Source: Gemmatimonadales bacterium
GTDB lineage: Bacteria > Gemmatimonadota > Gemmatimonadetes > Gemmatimonadales > GWC2-71-9
Reading direction: 5' to 3'
Assembly: GCA_041577295.1 (NCBI GenBank)
Contig: JBFGJG010000078.1
Coordinates: forward strand, 1-12,822
DNA: 12,822 bases
Positions 7,351-12,822 of the stretch are shown in pieces. The notes under the pieces were generated by a model. It was not told the DNA's origin. It ran no database searches and saw nothing but the letters and a program-made list of their open reading frames with translations. A program made the translations under genes and the position numbers. How positions within the stretch are numbered: position 1 is the stretch's first letter; each line of letters starts with the position of its first letter.

Positions 7351-7812
7351 ATGAACAAGCTCTATCCGACGTTCGTCTGCCTAGGGGTTCTGATCGGATG
7401 CACCCAGGCCGCCATTGAGTTAGACACTGCAGCCGACGAAGCAGCGATCCGTGAACTCATCGCGCAGACCGCTGCGGCGAACAACGCCGCGGATACCCTC
7501 GGATGGGTTGCGCTGTTTGAGGAACGTGCAGTGTATATGCCGCCGGGGACGCCGGAAGTCACGACGAGGGCGGGGTTGGAGCAGGTGGCAGCAGTAGGGT
7601 TCGGCCCGTATGCAGCGGACATTCAGATCACGCCAGCCGAGGTCGTCGTCTCGGGAGACTGGGCGTTTGCCCGGAGTTACGTGACAGGGACGGTGACATC
7701 ACGCAGAGACGGGGAGATCATTCCCGTGGACGTAAAGCAGCTTGTCGTCTATCACCGGCAACCGGACGGCAGCTGGAAGATCGCACGCCTCATCAGCAAC
7801 CGGAATTCGTGA
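7351..7812 (+). CDS. NTF2/SnoaL-fold (YybH/DUF4440-like) putative lipoprotein
   Basis: ADEAAIRELI, A.YMPPG.P, VSGDWAFAR and RQPDGSWKIAR motifs; lipobox-like VLIGC; AAGGA SD. Confidence 0.88.
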   Translation: MNKLYPTFVCLGVLIGCTQAAIELDTAADEAAIRELIAQTAAANNAADTLGWVALFEERAVYMPPGTPEVTTRAGLEQVAAVGFGPYAADIQITPAEVVVSGDWAFARSYVTGTVTSRRDGEIIPVDVKQLVVYHRQPDGSWKIARLISNRNS

Positions 7813-7850
7813 ACCCCGTGCCTGCCACCGCCTCATGAGCAGACCGAGCC

Positions 7851-7951
7851 GTCTAACACGCGCATGGACCTGCCGAGCGCGTGCGAGCACGTTCACCAAC
7901 TGGTGTGGCCCGCGACCTGTTCGCCCGCAGATCATGCGCGAGCCGTTAGAC
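7851..7951 (+). repeat. attC site 9 (101 bp)
   Basis: R'' GTCTAAC 7851-7857, R' GTTAGAC 7945-7951; arms CGCGCATGGACCTGCCGAGCG and CGCCCGCAGATCATGCGCG. Confidence 0.92.
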
Positions 7952-8063
7952 GGCGAGGATCGTTACAAGGAGGGCAGGATCTTCATTGGGAGACCTGGGC
8001 CTGGTGCCCATGCCCTCAAGCCTTACGGATCGCGCCATCCCCAAACCTCCGCGAGAAGAAATC

Positions 8064-8789
8064 ATGACCGACACGTCTCCATCGCTGTCGATCCGTCAAG
8101 CCGCCCTCGTCGGGGGCTTTGGCTACCTAGCGATCTTCATCGTTACCACGCTCGCCAACTCCTTCGCCCTCGAGCAAGTCATCGTAAGCCAAGACGGGGC
8201 CGCCACTGCCAGCAACATCATGGCCTCAGGGTGGCTGTTCCGCCTGGGGATCGCGGGTTGGATCGTGGTACTGATGTGCGACACACTCGTGGCCTGGGCG
8301 CTTTATCTCTTCTTCAGGCCGGTCCACACCGCGTTGGCGCTCCTCGCAGCGATAATGAGGTTGCTGTTCGTGGCGTTCTTCGCTGCCGGTCTACTCAATC
8401 TCTTCCCGATCTTGGAGCTGCTGAGCGGCGCTGAGTACTTGGAGGTGTTCGACTCACCTCAGTTGACCGCCCAGATCATGCCCTTTCTCTCCGCGTACGA
8501 GCATGCGGTCCACGTCTCCTTTGTGCCGTTTGGATTGACCATACTTGCGCTGGGGTACCTGACCCTCAAGTCTGGCAACATGCCGCGGCTACTGGGAATT
8601 CTGCTAATCGTGGCGGCGGTGGGCTATCAGATCGATAGCTTCGGCAACTTCCTCTCGCCGGCTTACGCAGCCAATGAAATGAACTTCATCATCTTTGTTG
8701 CGGTACCGGCTGCCGCGTCGGAACTCTGGTTGACGTTGTGGTTATTGGTCAAAGGAGGGAAAAGGCGGGCCTCCGATTCAGGAGCATGA
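8064..8789 (+). CDS. DUF4386-like integral membrane protein
   Basis: A.V.G.GYL.I, TASNI.A...LFRLGI, D.LVAWALY.FFRPV, LGYL..KSG.MPR.LG.LL and E..L.LWLLVKG motifs; ATG 8064 preferred over the TTG at 7986. Confidence 0.85.
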   Translation: MTDTSPSLSIRQAALVGGFGYLAIFIVTTLANSFALEQVIVSQDGAATASNIMASGWLFRLGIAGWIVVLMCDTLVAWALYLFFRPVHTALALLAAIMRLLFVAFFAAGLLNLFPILELLSGAEYLEVFDSPQLTAQIMPFLSAYEHAVHVSFVPFGLTILALGYLTLKSGNMPRLLGILLIVAAVGYQIDSFGNFLSPAYAANEMNFIIFVAVPAAASELWLTLWLLVKGGKRRASDSGA

Positions 8790-8807
8790 GCTTCGTGTCT
8801 GGATGCC

Positions 8808-8941
8808 CCCTAACAAGGCGCCACAGCTGCCGTGGCACCGCGCGTTCCAATCGATCTCTGGTAGAGGTTGGCATTGAACTTGGGTGCCTCAGCGAGCGTC
8901 GGTGGTCTGTGCGACGCAGCTGAGCGCCAGGGCCGTCAGGC
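8808..8941 (+). repeat. attC site 10 (134 bp; R' GTT to GTC)
   Basis: R'' CCCTAAC 8808-8814, R' GTCAGGC 8935-8941; arms GGCGCCACAGCTGCCGTGGCAC and GTGCGACGCAGCTGAGCGCC. Confidence 0.85.
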
Positions 8942-9004
8942 GGCGACCCTAACACAGTGCGGATCTGGTGTCCGCGTTTCTTCACAAGAAAGGGTGTGAT
9001 TGAA

Positions 9005-9478
9005 ATGAAGCCGATTGTTCCCGTGCTGGTCGCCCTCATCCTGGTCAACTCCGCACCGGTATCGGCGCAGAGTTCCACTACGCCGCAGGATACGAACGCG
9101 GAACAAGAAATACTGGATCTTTCGAGGATGAAGTGGCGCTGGATGGCAGAGCAAAACGCGGACACGCTTGCTGGACTGTTCCACGAAAAGGCGCGATTTG
9201 TCCACATGAGCGGCACCTGGGGGACGGCCGCGGAGATCGAGATAATCAGAAGCGGGAGCATCCACTACAAGCACGCTGACGTCCACGAAGTTGTCGTAGA
9301 AGTTATTGACGACACTGCCATCCTGTGGAACCGCATTACTCTCGTGGCTGTGGTGCGAGGCAATGAGGTAACGAACCCGTTTACGGTTACCGAAGTCTAC
9401 AGGAGGCAAGCGGATGGGTGGAAGATGTTGGCCATGACGTTTAGCAGCGTGCGAAGCGAGCATCGCATTGAGCGCTAA
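9005..9478 (+). CDS. Secreted NTF2-fold (DUF4440-like) protein
   Basis: Signal peptide MKPIVPVLVALILVNSAPVSA; LS..KW.WMA, LFHEKA.FVHM.G and NPFTVTEVY...WK motifs. Confidence 0.88.
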   Translation: MKPIVPVLVALILVNSAPVSAQSSTTPQDTNAEQEILDLSRMKWRWMAEQNADTLAGLFHEKARFVHMSGTWGTAAEIEIIRSGSIHYKHADVHEVVVEVIDDTAILWNRITLVAVVRGNEVTNPFTVTEVYRRQADGWKMLAMTFSSVRSEHRIER

Positions 9479-9583
9479 GGGTTATCAGCCTCTTGCCCAT
9501 CGTGGTCGTTGCCGATGGCTTGCTCAGGTCGTCGCGCCCAAAACGCCGCGGTGGCTTGCATCGTGCTGGTGACCCCTGTCGCC

Positions 9584-9719
9584 GCCTCACACGCGTTTAG
9601 GAGCTGACGGGCGCGGCCGGTGGCGTTGACACGAGCGCCTTGATGGATACGTGTAGATCCAGCTGATAGGGCGCGCCCGCAGGGTAGTCGCCCGCAGCTC
9701 AAACGCAAGGACGTTAGGC
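9584..9719 (+). repeat. attC site 11 (136 bp; R'' AAC to CAC)
   Basis: R'' GCCTCAC 9584-9590, R' GTTAGGC 9713-9719; arms GCGTTTAGGAGCTGACGGGCG and CGCCCGCAGCTCAAACGC. Confidence 0.85.
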
Positions 9720-9779
9720 GTTACATATGGCGCGTCGTTGATGACCACAAGTCACTAGGAAGCAGGGTCGAGGGACACC

Positions 9780-10238
9780 GTGGAAGATTCAAGGCGCGTC
9801 AGCGCCGACTCCCCCAATGTCTGGGAGCTCGGAGGCGAATCCGTGATTCACTGCGATGTTCAGCCGGATCCTCCAGAGGCGGGGCGGGCCACGACGGTAC
9901 GGCTAACGCACAGCAATACTTATGGTCCGGTCGACGACGTCAGGTTCTTCGTGCGCGTCGGTGACCTTCAAGATCCAACCCAATTCGAAGATCTGGACTC
10001 CGCGACGGATTGGAGGCCGATGCGATTGGTCGAGGAAGTCGTTTGGATCGATGGTCGGGAGCGCCATCGACCTGAGGTAGCACACCTGCTGGATCCTCGG
10101 GAAGAGACCGTCTGGGCGGGGACGTTTGAGGCTGCTCTTGTGGTTCCCGCGGGCGGGCACCTGATCGAGCTCAAGGTCGTATCGGAGGGCCACCTTCAGT
10201 CTGGGGTCATCTCCGACTGGCGGGTGCAGGTTCGTTGA
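9780..10238 (+). CDS. Hypothetical protein (acidic, probably beta-rich)
   Basis: GAGGGA SD before GTG; fills the cassette; no recognised family. Confidence 0.75.
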   Translation: MEDSRRVSADSPNVWELGGESVIHCDVQPDPPEAGRATTVRLTHSNTYGPVDDVRFFVRVGDLQDPTQFEDLDSATDWRPMRLVEEVVWIDGRERHRPEVAHLLDPREETVWAGTFEAALVVPAGGHLIELKVVSEGHLQSGVISDWRVQVR

Positions 10239-10293
10239 CCTTGACCTGAATGCGCCCGCTCCGCGGCCTCGAGGCAGAATCCCGCGGAGTGAC

Positions 10294-10391
10294 GCCTTTC
10301 AAGCGCTTCCTGCTGGCGCGGGTTGGTGTCGCGGGTGCGCTTCGCGCAGTATCCTATAGAGCTCGCGCAGCAGAAGCGCGAGCCGTTAGCC
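10294..10391 (+). repeat. attC site 12 (98 bp; R'' AAC to TTC)
   Basis: R'' GCCTTTC 10294-10300, R' GTTAGCC 10385-10391; arms GCGCTTCCTGCTGGCGCG and CGCGCAGCAGAAGCGC. Confidence 0.82.
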
Positions 10392-10426
10392 AGCGGCGTC
10401 CGAGTGTTCTCACCGAGGCGTACTCC

Positions 10427-10966
10427 ATGACGATTACAGAGCTTGTGGAAGGCCGTGTGCGTACTCTGCTGGCCGCCTGGGACACTCGGGACCTTGACGC
10501 GTTCGTTGGGTTGCTCGCGCCCGACGTGTACTGGCACGATCTGGGTATGCCGCACCCACCTGCGATCGGCCGCGAGGCCGTGCGCCGGTTCTCCGAGTCG
10601 GTCTTACGGGCCTTCCCGGATTTCACCCTTACGCTTCGCAGCCCCCTATGCGTGGCTGCGGACGGTCTCAGTTGTGTGGTTCCGTGGACTATCACCGCAA
10701 CCAACACTGGTGTGCTGGACCCGCCGGGGGTGGCGCCCACCGGTCAGCGGGTACGGTTCGATGGGCTGGATTACATCCAGTTCCGCGACGGCCTCGTCAC
10801 GAGAATCGAGACACGGTTTGACCCAGTCGAGCCCCTCGAGCAGCTACTGCACATACGATTACGGCCGCCGCCGGGCTCGCTACGCGAGCGCATCTTCGTC
10901 TTGCTCCAAAGGCCGCGAGCTGCGTGGCTCCGCCGCACTGCGGGACGGGGGGCCGCCGTCGGCTAG
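10427..10966 (+). CDS. SnoaL-like ester cyclase family protein
   Basis: AW.TRDLDAF..LLAPDV, GREAVR.F...LRAFPDF, W..TATNTG, APTG.RV.F.G.D and FRDGLV motifs; GAGG SD before ATG 10427; TAG inside R''. Confidence 0.9.
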   Translation: MTITELVEGRVRTLLAAWDTRDLDAFVGLLAPDVYWHDLGMPHPPAIGREAVRRFSESVLRAFPDFTLTLRSPLCVAADGLSCVVPWTITATNTGVLDPPGVAPTGQRVRFDGLDYIQFRDGLVTRIETRFDPVEPLEQLLHIRLRPPPGSLRERIFVLLQRPRAAWLRRTAGRGAAVG

Positions 10967-11097
10967 CAAGCGCTTGGAGGCTGCCGGGCGCTCAGGGGAT
11001 TGGTATCCCGGAGAGGCTGGCGCCGCTGCCGAATAGAGGAAATGATGATCAGGCATAGTGGGCTGTCCGCCCGCAGCTCAAGCGCTAACCGTTAGGC
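10961..11097 (+). repeat. attC site 13 (137 bp; R'' AAC to AGC)
   Basis: R'' GGCTAGC 10961-10967, R' GTTAGGC 11091-11097; arms AGCGCTTGGAGGCTGCCGGGCG and CGCCCGCAGCTCAAGCGCT. Confidence 0.88.
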
Positions 11098-11111
11098 GGA
11101 TCGCGGTACGG

Positions 11112-11531
11112 ATGAGCACGATCTTCTTCTATGGCCTGTTCATGGATGAGGCGCTTCTTGCTCAAAAGGGCCTTCACCCCACGACACTCGGCAGAGCAGT
11201 ACTTCCCGAGTTTCGCATTCATATCGGCGACCGAGCGACACTGGTGCCTTGTGCCGGTAGTCGTGCGTACGGAGTTGTAATGCAACTCGCCGCCGACGAG
11301 GTCCGTTCACTCTATTCTGACCGGAGCGTCAGTGAGTACGAGCCCGTAGCTGTTCGCGTCCGATTCCTGGACACCGACGAGGCCGTCGACGCAGATTGCT
11401 ACAACTTGCCCCCACGAACCGCTCACGCTGGTGCGAATCCTGCTTACGCCGTCCAGCTGTCCGAACTTGTGCAAGCGTTAGGCTTTGACTCCGGCTACGC
11501 CGACGAAATCGCGGAGTTTGCTGTGGGCTAA
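11112..11531 (+). CDS. Gamma-glutamylcyclotransferase (GGCT/AIG2-like) family protein
   Basis: N-terminal IFFYGLFMD, then ATLVP, AYGVV..L and Y.PVAV.V motifs. Confidence 0.85.
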   Translation: MSTIFFYGLFMDEALLAQKGLHPTTLGRAVLPEFRIHIGDRATLVPCAGSRAYGVVMQLAADEVRSLYSDRSVSEYEPVAVRVRFLDTDEAVDADCYNLPPRTAHAGANPAYAVQLSELVQALGFDSGYADEIAEFAVG

Positions 11532-11574
11532 TGGCGCTGTCCCTCAACTCATTCGTCCCGCGCTCGAAGTGGCC

Positions 11575-11706
11575 GCCTAACAAGGCGCGGCAGCTGACCG
11601 CCAACAGCGTCTTCTAATGAGTCTGGTAGCCCTCTGGCGCCCACTTGGGCGGCTCAACGGCCACGGGCGGCCTGTCGGCGACAGGTGAGCGCCTAGTCCC
11701 CTAGGC
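11575..11706 (+). repeat. attC site 14 (132 bp; R' GTT to CCT)
   Basis: R'' GCCTAAC 11575-11581, R' CCTAGGC 11700-11706; arms AGGCGCGGCAGCTGACCGCCAACAG and CTGTCGGCGACAGGTGAGCGCCT. Confidence 0.82.
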
Positions 11707-11748
11707 GGGGCCGCACATCCGCCCATCACGATATAGGAAGGGGAAACC

Positions 11749-12312
11749 ATGACCTCGGACCGTGACACCCTCACCCTTCGTCTTGAGCGGCTCGAGCGTT
11801 CGAGCCGTCACACGCGCGTCATTGCTGCAGCGGCCACGACCGGCCTCCTCGTCACGTGGTCGATGGCTGCAACAGTGTCCCCGGACGTCCAGCGCCAGGA
11901 CGTGGTTCGCACCAGGCAGGTCGTCGTCATGGATGCTGAGGGGCGCGATCGCATCGTGCTGGGCGCGCCCATGCCCGATGGGCGGGAGTACGTGGGTATG
12001 AAGATTCTCAACGCGGATGGTGCCGAGCAGTTCGGCTTGGGGCTCAGGTCTGACGGTAGCGTCAGCATGGGGTTTGACACCAAGCCCGGGGTTGGTGATC
12101 CCCGCAACCGCGAACGGCTCAATATGGGCGTCACGGCTACGGGCCGGGGTTGGATTAGGTACCTCGACAACGACACGCGTGCGCGACTCTGGCTCAGGCT
12201 GGACTCTGATGACGCGCCGGTTCTGCAGTTCCTCGATTGGCCGGACGGTGAGCCGATTCGCGTCCGTCAGCTCGACTTCACCGGAGAAAGGCGCGTGGAG
12301 TGGAATCGGTAG
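11749..12312 (+). CDS. Hypothetical membrane-anchored/exported protein
   Basis: Purine-rich SD GGAAGGGG; short coiled-coil-like N-terminus, one hydrophobic segment, then repeated beta-hairpin-like units (VVMDAEGRDRIVLG, ILNADGAEQFGLG, YLDNDTRARLWL). Confidence 0.82.
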   Translation: MTSDRDTLTLRLERLERSSRHTRVIAAAATTGLLVTWSMAATVSPDVQRQDVVRTRQVVVMDAEGRDRIVLGAPMPDGREYVGMKILNADGAEQFGLGLRSDGSVSMGFDTKPGVGDPRNRERLNMGVTATGRGWIRYLDNDTRARLWLRLDSDDAPVLQFLDWPDGEPIRVRQLDFTGERRVEWNR

Positions 12313-12339
12313 GTACGTCGCGAAGGGTGGGGCGGCACC

Positions 12340-12476
12340 GTCTAACAAGCGCTTGGCGCTGCCGGGCGCGCGGGGGCATCAGTATCTGCGAAAAGCCAGC
12401 GCAGCTGCCCGATAGAGGACATGATGATTAGGTATGGCGGGCATGGTGCCCGCCGCTCAAGCGCGGACCGTTATAT
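12340..12476 (+). repeat. attC site 15 (137 bp; same subfamily as site 13)
   Basis: R'' GTCTAAC 12340-12346, R' GTTATAT 12470-12476; arms GCGCTTGGCGCTGCCGGGC and GCCCGCCGCTCAAGCGC. Confidence 0.9.
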
Positions 12477-12493
12477 CCCTTCGAGCTAGCACC

Positions 12494-12822
12494 ATGGCCA
12501 AGGTTCAAGAACGCTCTGTGCAGAGCCGGGTCGTCGGTTGGACCTCCGGCCTTGATCCGATAACGGTCGGAGCCACGTGGGTCCTGTTCCTCTTCGCGCT
12601 CCCCTTCCTCGAAGACGGCTTTGGACTCGAGACCATGGTTGGGAGTGGGTTGATTGGTCTGCCCCTCGTCGTCTTTGGGTTTCTCGCCGCCTCGCGATGC
12701 CGGGCGGTCCCTGAACGGGACAACGCCCGACGTGCCAAGCTGGCGATCCTGGCGCTTCTGGTTGGCATCGGGGTGGGCGCGGCAAATCTCGGGGCGAACG
12801 TCGCATTGGCAGCGGCGGACCC
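12494..12822 (+). CDS. Membrane protein, N-terminal part (runs off window; not in ORF track)
   Basis: Manual translation from ATG 12494 is open to the window end: MAKVQERSVQSRVVGWTSGLDPITVGATWVLFLFALPFLEDGFGLETMVGSGLIGLPLVVFGFLAA...LAILALLVGIGVGAANLGANVALAAAD; three hydrophobic segments. Confidence 0.78.
   Translation, partial: MAKVQERSVQSRVVGWTSGLDPITVGATWVLFLFALPFLEDGFGLETMVGSGLIGLPLVVFGFLAASRCRAVPERDNARRAKLAILALLVGIGVGAANLGANVALAAAD

Larger units (their letters stand above)
1..12822 (+). mobile_element. Integron gene-cassette array segment (no intI/attI in window)
   Basis: Unrelated, same-strand ORFs alternate regularly with attC-like inverted repeats bounded by RYYYAAC and GTTRRRY boxes. 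Several stop codons lie inside or just before the R'' box. Confidence 0.93.

Noticed and set aside
10259..10289. Hairpin CTCCGCGG...CCGCGGAG as an intrinsic terminator
   Set aside because: The 8-bp stem is real, but the loop is long and no U-tract follows directly, so the function is unsupported.
4753..11111. Longer ORF-track starts at 4753, 7986, 8957, 10250 and 11058
   Set aside because: They begin inside or upstream of attC sites, or add non-domain sequence. Downstream ATGs (4936, 8064, 9005, 10427, 11112) fit cassette boundaries and domain or signal starts better.
7857..11704. attC mini-ORFs in sites 9, 11, 12 and 14
   Set aside because: Site 9 is open but has no SD. Sites 11, 12 and 14 have in-frame TAG stops (9685, 10357, 11627) upstream of the core and no SD-led start after them. 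These count against the pattern being universal.
1..12476. Repeats as a CRISPR array or REP/BIME elements
   Set aside because: The repeats are mostly 98-148 bp imperfect palindromes separated by whole genes and bounded by attC R boxes. There are no constant-length spacers and no cas genes.
105..12806. Numerous minus-strand and alternative-frame ORFs in the track (e.g. 3588-4316, 11701-12348, 12486-12806)
   Set aside because: They shadow well-supported + strand genes, have no recognisable motifs and are expected in GC-rich DNA.
1..12822. Integrase, transposase, toxin-antitoxin, resistance or RNA genes
   Set aside because: I recognised no tyrosine-recombinase, DDE, TA or known resistance motifs and no tRNA/rRNA-like sequence.

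Overview
This GC-rich bacterial window is a segment of an integron gene-cassette array. It holds 17 co-oriented + strand ORFs, the last running off the end. They are separated by 16 attC-like imperfect inverted repeats of the form RYYYAAC...GTTRRRY: one is cut by the window start and two are internally deleted. No integrase or attI lies in the window, so this is part of a larger sedentary integron or a CALIN. Cargo: SAM methyltransferase, beta-propeller lipoprotein, creatininase-family protein with a lipoprotein signal, Cys-rich small protein, DUF1428, NAD(P)H oxidoreductase, SRPBCC, three NTF2/SnoaL-fold proteins, DUF4386, a GGCT-like protein and hypotheticals. Main observations: (i) many long attC sites contain an SD-like motif, a start codon and a 17-29 codon ORF in frame with the TAG position of the GTTAG core, with synonymous or conservative variation between copies; (ii) most cassettes have ends forming 9-17 bp inverted repeats, longer than the 7-bp R boxes; (iii) 9 of 15 complete sites have a damaged AAC/GTT triplet or an internal deletion. 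Protein family calls come from motif recognition only; no searches were run.
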